From contig CAXNAA020000004.1 in NCBI GenBank assembly GCA_964200075.2, positions 1-56,402 on the forward strand: a stretch of DNA of 56,402 nucleotides, given 5' to 3'. Under the pieces are notes generated by a model. That model was not told where the DNA came from. It searched no databases and saw only the letters and a program-made list of their open reading frames with translations. Source of the stretch: Sphacelaria rigidula. Lineage: Eukaryota. Both the position numbers and the translations under genes were made by a program. Positions within the stretch are counted from its first letter, which is position 1; each line of letters begins with the position of its first letter. Below are positions 10,258-20,965 of the stretch, piece by piece.

Positions 10258-10920
10258 ATGAACTCGCAAAATCAGACGGACGGAGTTGAAAAATGTACCA
10301 GGTGCGGACGATTCCACCACTCCAGCAACTACTGCGACTACACCACGGACTACCTCGGGCGCGACCTGGTGCGCGATTTGTTTTGCACGTCTTGCGGGAG
10401 GTACGGCCACACATCGGACACTTGTTCCCGCTCGCGCCCTCCGCTGTTCTACAAGTGCGGGAGGTACGGCCACATGCACAGGGATTGCCAGGCCTTCTCG
10501 ACGATCGACAACATGGAGGTTTCGAAGATCCGTGTCTGCAAGTTTTGTGGAGAGTTCGGGCACCTGCCGGAGAATTGCAAGCGAAGAGCTAGGTCGAAGT
10601 GTCGCACGTGCGGAGAGTTCGGGCACACTGAGTGCTCCAAGAAGCGACGTAGGACGTCTTCGGAGAGGTTTGAGAGGTCTGACGAGCGTCCTTTGAAGCG
10701 TGTTAGGCCTAGATCCCCCGTGCAGCCCGCGGAGAAGTCGCTTACTCGTTCTCCTTCGTCGTCTAGCTCGTCTAGCTCGTCGTCTAGCTCGTCGTCCAGC
10801 TCGTCGTCGTCTAGCTCGTCGACTGGCAAGGGTCCTAGGTTTCCGTGGGGGGAAGTGTACTTCACAGACATCGAGTGGTTGTTTGATGTTGATGACGAAC
10901 TGTTGGATGGGTTGCGTTGA
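10258..10920 (+). CDS. CCHC zinc-knuckle nucleic-acid-binding protein with Ser-rich tail
   Basis: Several CX2CX4HX4C-type knuckles (CTRCGRFHHSSNYC, CTSCGRYGHTSDTC, CKFCGEFGHLPENC); one knuckle begins FYKC instead of CYKC. Confidence 0.85.
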   Translation: MNSQNQTDGVEKCTRCGRFHHSSNYCDYTTDYLGRDLVRDLFCTSCGRYGHTSDTCSRSRPPLFYKCGRYGHMHRDCQAFSTIDNMEVSKIRVCKFCGEFGHLPENCKRRARSKCRTCGEFGHTECSKKRRRTSSERFERSDERPLKRVRPRSPVQPAEKSLTRSPSSSSSSSSSSSSSSSSSSSSSSTGKGPRFPWGEVYFTDIEWLFDVDDELLDGLR

Positions 10921-10994
10921 ATGTATCATTTGCAGTGACTCTCGATTCTCTTTATTTTGTGGAAATTTTTCTCTTGTAGAATCAATTAATTATC

Positions 10995-11486
10995 ATGAAC
11001 GCAACCTCCTACGGATCCCAAGTTCTTTCGTCTGGAGACTTGGTGGTGAGAGACGCCATTTTGTCCTCGCAACACAGGGTCGATCATTCCACTGGCCTGG
11101 GAATCTCTTCGGCACACTCGTCGTACGTGTTGTCGCAGGGAGCTTCACAAGAAGTATCACGTGACGTCTACTCTCTCACAGGTTCAGGCTCTGAAAAACA
11201 TGCTGGCAAGTACGAATCCTCGTGTCTTTGCACGGGCGACAACTATAAAACCATGCCTGTAACTCTCGAGACAGACCCGGAGAAGACCCGATTCAACACA
11301 AACGAGACGTCGGCAACCTTCTCACAAGGCCTCTCGTTCAACACAGACGAATCCGCAATTTATTTCGGGAGGTCCAAGACGTTTCGGTTGATGCTCAACA
11401 CAGATACGCCCGCGAGGCTTGTTTTCCAGTACCTGGACCCTTCCTCGTCCAAGTACGTGACAAAGTTCTCCTGCGCGAAGAGTTGA
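10995..11486 (+). CDS. Modular putative structural family member, C-terminal domain only
   Basis: QVLSSGDLVVRD and ATFSQGLSFNTDESAIYFGRSKTFR...YVTKF are shared with the ORFs at 16727 and 27493. Confidence 0.75.
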   Translation: MNATSYGSQVLSSGDLVVRDAILSSQHRVDHSTGLGISSAHSSYVLSQGASQEVSRDVYSLTGSGSEKHAGKYESSCLCTGDNYKTMPVTLETDPEKTRFNTNETSATFSQGLSFNTDESAIYFGRSKTFRLMLNTDTPARLVFQYLDPSSSKYVTKFSCAKS

Positions 11487-11535
11487 AGCCCTGAAAAAAT
11501 GTAGATGTATTTCAGAGACAAGTTAAATATTTACC

Positions 11536-12324
11536 ATGACCCTGGAATCCCAAAACCCCCACCCAAGAGATTCCCGTATTCGTTTCGTGGAAGACACGCA
11601 CAGCTACTACGTCGATGGTTCGACGGACCGGTACGAGTACACATCGACGACAAAGCTCATGCACTCGTTGTTCAAACCCTTTGACGCCGACGAGGTGATC
11701 GGCAAGATGAGGAATTCCAAGAACTGGGAAAACTCGAAATATTTTGGGATGTCCCCCGAGGAGATAAAAACCGGGTGGGAAGAGAACAGGGATTCCGCAG
11801 CCAAGTCGGGGACCGCTATGCACCAGTGCATCGAAGATTTTTACAACGGCGATGACAAGTTAACTACTTTAACAACACCGGACAAAGAATTTGAGTTCTT
11901 CGAGAGGTTTCGACTAGACCACCAAGACCTCGTACCGTACAGGACCGAGTGGTGTATCTTTGACGAAGACGCCAAAGTTTCCGGCTCGGTCGACATGGTG
12001 TACGAGGACAAACTAAACCCCGGGTCCTATGTCATCGCCGACTGGAAGAGGTCGAAAGAAATCAAGACGGACAACAGGTGGCAGAAGGGCACGAGTGAGA
12101 ATTCCTGCCACCTCCCAGACTGCAACTTTATCCACTACTCGCTGCAGCTCTCGACGTACAAGTACATACTGGAGAAGAATTACGGCCTCAAGATATCCCA
12201 GACATTCATCGTCGTGTTGCACCCAAGCCAAGAGTCGTACATCAAGCTTTCCACCAAGGACCTCGGGGAGGAAGTGGAGAGGATAATGAAGTCTAGGGTA
12301 AAAAAACAATCGGTTCTTAAATAA
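11536..12324 (+). CDS. PD-(D/E)XK superfamily nuclease (RecB/Cas4/exonuclease-like)
   Basis: GTAMHQCIE, RTEW, GSVDMVY, IADWK and YSLQLSTY motifs. Confidence 0.85.
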   Translation: MTLESQNPHPRDSRIRFVEDTHSYYVDGSTDRYEYTSTTKLMHSLFKPFDADEVIGKMRNSKNWENSKYFGMSPEEIKTGWEENRDSAAKSGTAMHQCIEDFYNGDDKLTTLTTPDKEFEFFERFRLDHQDLVPYRTEWCIFDEDAKVSGSVDMVYEDKLNPGSYVIADWKRSKEIKTDNRWQKGTSENSCHLPDCNFIHYSLQLSTYKYILEKNYGLKISQTFIVVLHPSQESYIKLSTKDLGEEVERIMKSRVKKQSVLK

Positions 12325-12733
12325 TCTCCGTGTCTTCGTCGTCGTCATCATACAAGTCATCCTCTTCGGTCGACTCGTCTTCGGCGTCATCCGTTAACCT
12401 ATCCCAATCCAAGACGTCGTCCTCCACGTCGTTGACAGGAAGCAGAGACGATAGAGACGACAAGGATGACATGAGCGACGTAGCAGAGGTACCAGACGAG
12501 TCGGACGCTGCGTCGTCAACAAATGAGTCGTCTTCAGAGGAGTCATTTGCTTCATCATCTACGTCCTCGTTTACGTCCGTGTCTTCCTGGTCGTCATCGC
12601 TCGCCGATTCTTCATCGTCAAAAATCGTATCTACGTCCGGCTCGTAACGAGATACATTTCTCACTGCGCGCCCAGACCTTGTCCGGTACACTGGCTGCGG
12701 GGGTTGTTGTTCGTCGCCAGGCGCATCGGGCAT
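12317..12733 (-). CDS. Small acidic protein with YRTRSGR motif
   Basis: ATG 12733 (MPDAPG); D/E-rich with an RTRSGR basic patch. Confidence 0.65.
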   Translation of the reverse strand: MPDAPGDEQQPPQPVYRTRSGRAVRNVSRYEPDVDTIFDDEESASDDDQEDTDVNEDVDDEANDSSEDDSFVDDAASDSSGTSATSLMSSLSSLSSLLPVNDVEDDVLDWDRLTDDAEDESTEEDDLYDDDDEDTEII

Positions 12734-12803
12734 AGTGGCTGTGCAAAAACCCTGTTTTGATTTTCTATAGTATAATAAAATATTTGATACGCTTGAGACT
12801 GAC

Positions 12804-14683
12804 ATGGGCATCTTCCAGTTTCTCAGCCAGAACGGATGTTTCCACAACAAGGCGAACCCTCGGACTCACACTATCATGTCCGGGGGGACGCTCTACGTCC
12901 CCGAGGACAGCTACGACGAGTTCCTGGGAATCTACGCCAAAGAGATCCAGAACGGGAACAGGACCCTCGCCTTCAGCGAGCTGAGATCCTCCCAGGTGTT
13001 TCGGATGTACTTCGACGTCGACATCCTCGACACAAAGGCGCTGGGTGAAGACTTTCTCCTGAAGCTGGCGAAGAATATGCAGGAAACGGTCGTCAAGTTC
13101 TTCCCGGGCGTGAACCAGGACACTTTCAAGTGCGTCCTGTGCTCGACCGCCACGAAAGAAGTCGAAGTTTCGGAGATGATACCACCCAAGCAAACCCCGG
13201 TGGGGCTTCCTCACAAGAAGAAGGAAGACGACGTCGAGCAACCGAAGCCCGAGAGGGTGGTGAAGACGTTCGTCAAGAACGGATACCACATCCTTTTCCC
13301 CTTCTTGAACGTGACGCTGGACATGGCTCTCCAGCTCCGCTTCAGCGTCGTGCGGGACCTCGAGAGGAACCTGGGGAAACGAGACGTCGCCGTCAACCCT
13401 TGGTCGGACGTCATCGACAAGGCTCCGTACTACAACGGCCTCAAGATGTGCGGATCGGTGAAGAGCGTCACGTGCTCGGACTGTAAGGGAACGAAGACCA
13501 ATGTCCGGAAGAAGCCGGTCGTGCGCGATATCATCTCCCAGATACGCAAGCTCCGGAAGAAGCTCTACCCCAGGGTTGACAACCCGTCCTTCGACTACTC
13601 CAACGTCATGACCATCGCGAAGGACGAGTTCAAGAATCAAGACCTCGCCGAGCTGTACTCGAGGTACCAAGACGAGACGGGTTTCCTCATGTGTCCCAAG
13701 TGCGGCGACAAGGGCACACACCTCGAGGACAGGTTCTACATGCCCGTGAGCGTCCTCAACGGTGACGGGTCCGTGTCGGAGCCAGACCTCGACGCGCTGA
13801 ACGCAAATATGCACGAGATGATGAGGTGGACGAGCATCAGGTGCAGGCCTTCGGACGAGCCGGTGGCCGGATACTTCATCCCGCGAGGTTACTCGTCACC
13901 GACTCCTGACAGGGCAACGGGACCCCTCCAGGTCGCGGGCACTTATCTGGAGCGTCTCTCCCCCGGGATTTACAGAGAAGCCATCAACTCCGACATGTTT
14001 CTCAACGATGCCATTGGAATACGGTCGTGGAAGGGGAGGGAGATCCTGGACCCGAGGACCCTCCAGCTCATCACCCAGCACGTCAGGTCCTTTCACAGCG
14101 AGCACAAGGAGCTCGACGTCAGGCAGGTGTTCGAGGTGAAGGTGGCCAGGTCGTCGACCAGGTCCGTCATGTCCACCGACAACAAGCCCGTCCCCCTCGT
14201 CAAGTCGAAGACATCTGCCATCCAGACCTCGTTGACCAACACGACCTGAAGAAGAAAGGAAAGCTGAACAAAGCGCTCAACAACATCGTGATGGCCAACG
14301 GGGTTACTTCGGCGACGGACCGCGTGATCGAGTTGTTTTCGAGGGTTCAAGTCCGAGTTTCCGGTCCCGGGTCGAGGTACTGCACGAACAAGGGGGACGA
14401 GCACACCTCCAACAGCGTGTACTTTTGGATCTCGCAAGAAGGCATGGCCCAGAAGTGCTTTTCGAGGAAGGACACGATCGGAGACACGGGCAAGACCTGC
14501 AAGGAGTTCCGCTCAGATTTCAAACCTATTTCCAAGGAGCTCCGGAAACGTCTCTTCGTCGAGCCCAACCTCTTTGACTTGAAGAAGCTCAACGCAGACG
14601 GTGCCCCCGACTTGTTGACGCAGGAAGCCCCCAAGCCTAAGAAAAGGAAGCGTAGGCCTTCAGCTTGGGCCGCCATGTGTTAA
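12804..14683 (+). pseudogene. Archaeo-eukaryotic primase / PrimPol-like protein with C-terminal UL52-type zinc finger; frameshift near 14220-14250
   Basis: THTIMSGG.LYVP, FRMYFDVD and GYHILFP AEP motifs in ORF 12804-14249; the C-terminal RYCTNKGDEHTSNSVYF...QKCF zinc finger lies in a different frame ending at 14683. Confidence 0.82.
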
Positions 14684-14697
14684 ATTGGAGATTAATT

Positions 14698-15178
14698 ATG
14701 TTTTTGGAAGGTGTTATTGTGGAGCTTGATGGCGTACACGTGCTTAGCGGTCGACATTTCGCTCCTGGCAGTATTGATTGCGCTTCACGCAACGAAGAAG
14801 AACAAGAACCTAGAACTTGTTGTCATGGCTCTCCTTTTCTCGCATCTCATCATGACGACAGAGTTGTTTTTGAAGGACGCTGATGCTGGTGATGCCGCTG
14901 ATGCTGGTGCTGATGCTGGTGATGCTGGTGATGCTGGTGAGGAAGCTCTAGGCGCGGTGCGCGCAATTAGTACTTTTACCGCTTTGCAAGACGCCAAGGA
15001 AAGAGAGAACAATAGCAGCAGTGGCAGCAGCTCAACAACGAATCTAAGGAAGAGTGTCTCGGATCGGGAGTTCGAAAGGATGACACACAACGTTGCCACA
15101 CAAAAAACACACACCAAGGAGGAAAGAGCGAAGTCACGTAGTTCGTTCTTTCAAGAGCTCTTTCCTCAAGAGAAATAA
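14698..15178 (+). CDS. Small membrane protein; possible +1 frameshift in a T5 run just after the ATG
   Basis: Two hydrophobic helices and DAG repeats; removing one T from ATGTTTTTGGAAG gives MFWKVLLWSL in frame. Confidence 0.55.
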
Positions 15179-15246
15179 TTAATGTTTTCGTTGTATTACC
15201 ACAAATATAATGTTTTCGTAAACATATATTACATCTCCAACAACCG

Positions 15247-15567
15247 ATGTCTTCTTCCACGGTCCGAGACATCGACAACAAGTTCACTTCGAGGCTCACC
15301 AGGCCGGACAGGTTGGTCGGACGCCCGATCAACCCATTCGCTACGACTTCGTCGCAGACTCCCAAGAGCTTCTCTTCCGAGGAACAGCTCAAGCTGGAGA
15401 TCAGTGCCACGACCAAGCTGGGTGCGGAATACCAGGGCAACGTAGTGGACACGAAGTTCGAACGGCAGGTCAGCTTTGACCGCTACACCGTTATGACGAA
15501 CCCCAAGGCCGGGTACAAGTTGCACACGACCGGCAGGATGCCCGTAGAACACACTAGGGAAAAATGA
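15247..15567 (+). CDS. Hypothetical protein
   Basis: 106-aa ATG ORF with C/G-ending codon bias. Confidence 0.65.
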   Translation: MSSSTVRDIDNKFTSRLTRPDRLVGRPINPFATTSSQTPKSFSSEEQLKLEISATTKLGAEYQGNVVDTKFERQVSFDRYTVMTNPKAGYKLHTTGRMPVEHTREK

Positions 15568-15620
15568 TCCCAATTAATATATCTCTCAAATAATATTAGG
15601 GTTAGGGTTAGTCAAATATT

Positions 15621-15806
15621 ATGTGGAAGACTCAGCACGTCGCCCTGCTTGCCTTCACCGCGACTGTCTTGTCGGTGACGGTTACCCTGTACGTCCAGTC
15701 GAGGATCAAGCACGCCATTGAGGCGAAAGCTGCCGAACTGAACGCCGTAGGGTTAGCAGCAGGGTCACAGAAAAACATAAAGAAGCGAAAAATCCCTTCA
15801 AGTTGA
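15621..15806 (+). CDS. Small single-TM protein
   Basis: Hydrophobic N-terminus and basic C-terminus. Confidence 0.55.
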   Translation: MWKTQHVALLAFTATVLSVTVTLYVQSRIKHAIEAKAAELNAVGLAAGSQKNIKKRKIPSS

Positions 15807-16012
15807 TGAGCGCTCTCAAAAAAGATGCTCTCGCTTCTGCCAGCCCTGATGACCGTGTTGCAAAGCTCTCCATACCGCCACACAGCGTGAGCTTTGAGGA
15901 ACCCGCCCCTCAGCAACGAGGACCTCCTCCCAAGGGATCGGGGGTGAGGTGGACGCCACTTTGAAAAAACCTAATTTTATCGCTTTAATCTTTCATTACC
16001 ATTCCAATAATT

Positions 16013-16309
16013 TTAAGCCTTCCCCATACCAAGAAGGTAGACCGACAAGATCTTCAGCACGGCCCAGATGAAGTAGAAAGGTCCCAAGATGGCCATGGAC
16101 AACCCGTACTTGAACACGGGGGTGCCGGTGTTGAGATAGATCGGGTGGAACATGATCCGAACGAAAAGAGGAATCACGGTCAAGATCATCACGATTGCCA
16201 GGAACAAGTTTCCCTTGTTGGTGGCACCTAGAGTAGTCAAAGCCTTGTTCTTAAGGTGGCCGAAAGACCTCTTGCTGTACTTGGAACCGTGAGCATCATC
16301 GTGATCCAT
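16013..16309 (-). CDS. Small two-TM membrane protein
   Basis: Two hydrophobic stretches; AT-rich flanks. Confidence 0.65.
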   Translation of the reverse strand: MDHDDAHGSKYSKRSFGHLKNKALTTLGATNKGNLFLAIVMILTVIPLFVRIMFHPIYLNTGTPVFKYGLSMAILGPFYFIWAVLKILSVYLLGMGKA

Positions 16310-16391
16310 TTTTCAGGCCGGATGAAAAGTCTTTTCTCTAAATCCAACACACATAATTTTTCTCTGGAATGAGTCGTTGTAGCCTTTGTAG

Positions 16392-16640
16392 CTAGTTGTA
16401 GCTAGACGCCGTGTGTCTCTTGGGCCTCCGATACATCGAGCGACCTTCTTCCAACAAGCTGAGGTTGAGCAAAGCGTTCGAGTTCTCTTGGCGTGATTCG
16501 TGAACTCTGTTGAGAATCACGCCAAAATTCGAAACATCCTTCTCGAGCCCGGCAAGACGCTTCTGAAAAGAACCCATTTCCATCCTCAAACCTCTCAGCT
16601 CGGCCTTTAGATCATACTCGATGCTCGCGTTGTTGCCCAT
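16392..16640 (-). CDS. Small coiled-coil protein, possible N-myristoylation (MGNNAS)
   Basis: MGxxxS start and heptad pattern. Confidence 0.6.
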   Translation of the reverse strand: MGNNASIEYDLKAELRGLRMEMGSFQKRLAGLEKDVSNFGVILNRVHESRQENSNALLNLSLLEEGRSMYRRPKRHTASSYN

Positions 16641-16726
16641 TGTAAGCGTCGTTTGTTGTAGACGAGAATACGGAGGGTTTACGTATTTTTTTGTAACTTA
16701 ATAACAACAACGCAAGAAATTATTCG

Positions 16727-17983
16727 ATGGATTTCGACCTCATCTCAGCCTACTCGGCCCGCGTGTACTGGAAGGCCGACTTTGACGCCGCATTCGTGGA
16801 CTTTCGGGGTAACAACACTAACACCAAACAAGAGTCGGCCAAGATCCAAGAAGGGGACGTCGCCTTTGTTATCGTCAACCTAGAGCCCTCCAGCACCTAC
16901 AGCGTCAGGGTGTCGAACAAGGACGGCTCACAGACGCTCACCAACAGCTTCACGACCAAGGATGTTGCGAGCCCCTCCCTTGGCAACCTCTACGAGGGCA
17001 TCCGGCGGCCCGATGGAGTCTACGACACGACGAGGTTCGAGAAGAACGTCCACGACGTGTTCCTCGAGAACTTCTCTCACATCGTGAACTCGGGTGATGT
17101 CATCCTCGCAAAGGTCACCGTCAACGGGGTGCCGCAGGAAGTCGAGACCATCGCCGTAAGGGACGGGTCGTCCATGAAGGTCGACACCAACCCTAACCCT
17201 AACCTCGGCAATGCAGACAACAACATCAGCAAGAACCTTTTCCTCCCTTTCTCGGCCGACAACACGAGCTCCCTGCAGACGGTGACTCTTCAGCACACCG
17301 ACAAGCAAGACGTGACTTTAGCGTATGACCGAGAACAAAACGAGTTCGGGTACGGCGGCGACATGTACGGGGTGGGTGACAAGTTTGAGCTGTTTGGACA
17401 GATGGTGACGGTTGCGGACGGTTCGATCGTGCTCTTGTTCTCGGATACCGTGGCGAAGACGTGGCCGTTCGATGCCTCCAAGGCTCTCTCGGTAGTCGGC
17501 GCCGCGGGTTCGCACTTCATGAGGAACGTCACGACGAACGTGCTGAACCTGGTGGGCGAAAAGGTCGACGGTAAGAAGGGGTCCACCTACAACTCCGCGT
17601 GGGTTCACAACACCACCGACTCAACGACGCAAGAAGTCTCTCGTATGGTGCACGAGCTCGACGAAGCGTCCGAGAACGCAACCATCAGCATCGGAGTTCT
17701 TCACACCGATGCCAGTACTAATCAGTTCATCGAGCCGACTTTGTCCATGAGGTACGACGCCACGGTCATCAGCTCGCAGGACGAAACAGACGCCACGGCC
17801 TCGGCGACTTTCACGAGCACCGGGCTCAGCTTCGACACCGACGCAGCAGCCATCTACTTTGGTGCTTCCAAAAACTTTAGGATGCAGTTCTCTGACGGAA
17901 CGCCGTCCGTCCTACAGATCCAGAGCTTGGACTCGGGGACAGGAGAGTACGTCACCCGACAGGAGTTCAGCGACGCTTCGTAA
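16727..17983 (+). CDS. Modular putative structural protein (Fn3-like + shared middle domain + shared C-terminal domain)
   Basis: IVNLEPSSTYSVRV...SFTT is Fn3-like; GLSFDTDAAAIYFGASKNFR...EYVTR is shared with paralogs. Confidence 0.8.
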   Translation: MDFDLISAYSARVYWKADFDAAFVDFRGNNTNTKQESAKIQEGDVAFVIVNLEPSSTYSVRVSNKDGSQTLTNSFTTKDVASPSLGNLYEGIRRPDGVYDTTRFEKNVHDVFLENFSHIVNSGDVILAKVTVNGVPQEVETIAVRDGSSMKVDTNPNPNLGNADNNISKNLFLPFSADNTSSLQTVTLQHTDKQDVTLAYDREQNEFGYGGDMYGVGDKFELFGQMVTVADGSIVLLFSDTVAKTWPFDASKALSVVGAAGSHFMRNVTTNVLNLVGEKVDGKKGSTYNSAWVHNTTDSTTQEVSRMVHELDEASENATISIGVLHTDASTNQFIEPTLSMRYDATVISSQDETDATASATFTSTGLSFDTDAAAIYFGASKNFRMQFSDGTPSVLQIQSLDSGTGEYVTRQEFSDAS

Positions 17984-17987
17984 GATA

Positions 17988-18269
17988 TTACATAGACACG
18001 TCAGCGATCATCCCGAGGAAAACCCCAAAGATGAGTGCCAAGAAACTCAGCGTTTCTTTGAGATCAAAGTCAGACTTCCTAGCTTTCAGAACAGAATTCA
18101 GAGGGAACAAGGTCGCCGTAACCAAGAGCCAGACCTCGATCAGGCGGTTGGGCAAAACTATTTTGTTCGTCCCAAGCCTCGTCAGCGCGGGTTTCATGGT
18201 TGTCTCGAATTTCAGGGTAATCAGCCCGTAGAAGATGATGAAGCTCAGTATAAAAACGTACATCTTCAA
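17988..18269 (-). CDS. Small multi-TM membrane protein
   Basis: Three hydrophobic segments in 93 aa. Confidence 0.55.
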   Translation of the reverse strand: MKMYVFILSFIIFYGLITLKFETTMKPALTRLGTNKIVLPNRLIEVWLLVTATLFPLNSVLKARKSDFDLKETLSFLALIFGVFLGMIADVSM

Positions 18270-18377
18270 GCCTCAGTATGTACACTACATTCCTTATTGT
18301 CAAACATAAAATCGTATGATTTGTGAGGGTTATTATATTTACCTTTAAACATCAATCAAAGCAAAAAAGGCTTCACG

Positions 18378-18743
18378 ATGAAGGATATCAAGACCGTCGG
18401 TTCGCGAGCTAGTGTTTTCCACGGAAACGCCAAGCACACGTCGGGTGGACTCGAGAAGAGAGACCTCAAGATGAGCAAGAACGGGTCGGTCGTCTCCAAG
18501 AAGAACTCGGCCAGGGCGAAGCGGGAAGAATCCCCGCTCCTCAAGCTGTGGCGCCAGTCGGTGTTGTCTGTCTACAAGCAGGCAAAGTACCGCGGGAAGT
18601 TCGTGCCCATCAAGAAGGGAACCCCCTTCTACAAGGCTGTGAAGGCCGAGTACAAGATTCGCCTCGAGAAGGCCGGTTATTCGGTGGGTGGGAAGAAGAA
18701 AACCACGGCCAAGAAGCGGCGGATCAAGAACACCAAGCGCTAA
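18378..18743 (+). CDS. DVNP: Dinoflagellate/viral nucleoprotein (DVNP) homolog
   Basis: SRASVFHGNAKHTSGGLEKRDLKMSKNGSVVSKKNSARAK...W...FVPIKKGTPFYKAVK matches the DVNP signature; very basic, 121 aa. Confidence 0.9.
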   Translation: MKDIKTVGSRASVFHGNAKHTSGGLEKRDLKMSKNGSVVSKKNSARAKREESPLLKLWRQSVLSVYKQAKYRGKFVPIKKGTPFYKAVKAEYKIRLEKAGYSVGGKKKTTAKKRRIKNTKR

Positions 18744-18927
18744 ACTAAAAAGGAACAATAGAGTACACGAAATAACTTGAAATAACTCATAATAATAAAC
18801 AAACAACAAATTTCAGTAGAACCATTTTTGAACGTCAACAATGGGATGATCTCACGTATGATCGGGTGCAGCATTTGGTCACAACTAGCTCACCCCAAAC
18901 TTTCTCGCTTTTCTAACCCTAACAACC

Positions 18928-19695
18928 ATGAAGCTTCCCGATGCACCCCCCGCGAGCAAGACTTTTAAGAACGCCGTCGGCTCCGACATCCCCGAGGAAT
19001 TCGCCCTGGCCGCCAGGAAGGACATCGACGCCATTGAGAAGATGACTGAGAATGCCAAGGAGAAAGAAAACCTGACCAAGAAAGCCATGACTCGCCAGTA
19101 CGTAATCTGCGTCGACAAGTCGGGGTCCATGAGCTTCCCGGACAAGAACGGGAGGACCAGGTGGATGTCGGCGAAGATGGCGGTGGAAGCCCTCATCCCC
19201 GTCATCTTCAAGTACGACGCCGACGGATCGGTTCCTCTGTACCTCTTCGGGTCTCATGTGGACTTCGTAGGGGAGTGCACCAACCCCCAGCAGGTCGCCG
19301 AGGTCTTCGACAAGTACCAACCCGGCGGCACCACCAACCTCTCGGCCTGCCTCGAGGAGGCGATGGGAACTTACCTGGGTTCCAAGAGAGCCAACTACGA
19401 GGTCGTGCCCGGAACCACCTTCATCGTCCTCCTCGACGGAGGCGCCGACGACGCTGACGCCGTGAAGAGTGTAATGAAGAAATACGCCGACCCCAAGAAT
19501 GGGTTTGTCGCCAACCACACACAGGCGGCGATTTCCTTCGTTCAGATCGCTGACGACCCCACGGCTACCAAGTTCCTCCAAGGCCTGGACGACATGAATC
19601 CGCCGGAGACCGACATTTGTGACTGTGTGAAGGACGATTTGATCTACGAGAAGGGGGGGATCGACAAGCTGTTGACGAAAGCCATTTTTGACTAG
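18928..19695 (+). CDS. von Willebrand factor A (vWA) domain protein
   Basis: MIDAS DKSGSM, GGTTNL and VLLDG motifs. Confidence 0.88.
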   Translation: MKLPDAPPASKTFKNAVGSDIPEEFALAARKDIDAIEKMTENAKEKENLTKKAMTRQYVICVDKSGSMSFPDKNGRTRWMSAKMAVEALIPVIFKYDADGSVPLYLFGSHVDFVGECTNPQQVAEVFDKYQPGGTTNLSACLEEAMGTYLGSKRANYEVVPGTTFIVLLDGGADDADAVKSVMKKYADPKNGFVANHTQAAISFVQIADDPTATKFLQGLDDMNPPETDICDCVKDDLIYEKGGIDKLLTKAIFD

Positions 19696-19777
19696 GCAGG
19701 AAATTTGTCGTTTGTAAGCTGAGAAAAATCATGTAGTTTGTTGAGATACCAGCGGCAATCAAGTAAGTTTCATCACA

Positions 19778-20404
19778 ATGTCCGAAGATCCTTTGAGCCA
19801 CAAGACCCAGGAGATTTTCATGTCGGCGTATGGCGCAGAATCCATGCAGGACGCTTTCGGAAAGATGGCGGACCTCCAGTTTAGGATGGTGAACGATGAC
19901 GACGACGAAGAGAAGAATCTGATTCCTAAAAGCTCAAACAATGCGTCTCCGAATTCGTCGTATTCCCTGTTGGAGTCGTGGTTGAGAAAGTGCAGCGCGA
20001 GGTCCCACGCTCACAGCGCAGCTTCGGTCATGTCCAACAGGATGTACAATCTAATTTCTATCCCAAAACTCGTTGCCGGAGGCGCCGCTGTCGCTCTATC
20101 TTTCTGGGCAACAAGCGACACGAACGGAGCTTCGCACGACGTTCGTGTTGCCGTCGCGGCCTTGTCAGCCATGTCCACCTTTCTCGATGGTCTTGTCCGA
20201 CTCTTCCGATTCTCCGAGCAAGAATTCCAACACAAGATGGCTTCCGGATTGTATTCCCAACTCTGTCGCAAAATCGAGGTCAACGTGTTCTCGTCTTCGC
20301 CGTAGACTTCGATGCGCAACATGAACTCTCTCTTGGCAGAGATTTCGGTGCAATTCTCTCACATCCTCACATTCAGCCCACATGTCCAAGTTTCTAAATA
20401 CTAA
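19778..20404 (+). pseudogene. SLATT-like two-TM protein with in-frame TAG at 20303-20305
   Basis: W...HAHSAA....YNLISIP, two TMs, then F.E...HK.AS.LY..L.RKIE. After the TAG the frame continues (TSMRNMNSLLAEISVQFSHILTFSP) and aligns with the C-terminus of the paralog at 20966. Confidence 0.7.
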
Positions 20405-20426
20405 AATATTGATCACTTCATACCTC

Positions 20427-20911
20427 ATGTGCTACAGACTTTCCGCATTCGAAGTCGTTCGCGTGAACTGCGAAATGTTTCGAGAAACAGACGAGTCTGT
20501 CCTGCAGGCGTGGGAGGATGCCCACACGAGGATGCCGTTGTACGGATTCAGTGCCGAGGACGTCGTGGACGTTAATCTGAAGAAAACGTTCACGTCAAAC
20601 ATCCTCAACTACATGTACATGAACGTCCAAGGACTTCTCGACATGTTTCTCCTCGACACGAACCTGTGCGACGTCCCCGGACTCAAGGACGGCGCGTACC
20701 TCAAGAGGGATTCGTACTCGCAGGTCGAAAGTTTGACATCGTGAAAAAGTTTCGAATCTACGACCAGGATTCGTGCCGGGCGACAAGCAACTACCTTAGG
20801 GTGACCGCGAGCGTAGACGAATACCCCGGGCCGTGGATCGTTGCGGTAAGGGTTGACATGTGCCGCGTGCAGGGAGGGGCGGAAGTCCTCGTGGAAAGCA
20901 GGAACCGGTAA
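20427..20911 (+). pseudogene. Hypothetical protein, frameshift near 20730
   Basis: The ORF ending at 20744 is continued by a protein-like frame (FDIVKKFRIYDQD...) to TAA at 20911. Confidence 0.55.
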
Positions 20912-20965
20912 CTTTTAGCTGTTTTTTATATATAATTCAAGCGAAAGCAACCTAAACTTTCACCC

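Noticed and set aside
14160-14250. Intron or programmed frameshift explaining the split primase
   Set aside because: No strong GTRAG donor or X XXY YYZ slippery site was seen, and many neighbouring genes have similar lesions.
15596-15611. TTAGGG telomere-like repeats (also CCCTAA at about 17191, 18914 and 37732)
   Set aside because: Only about two copies each, and two fall in NPNP-coding sequence. Too short to indicate a telomere or integration end.
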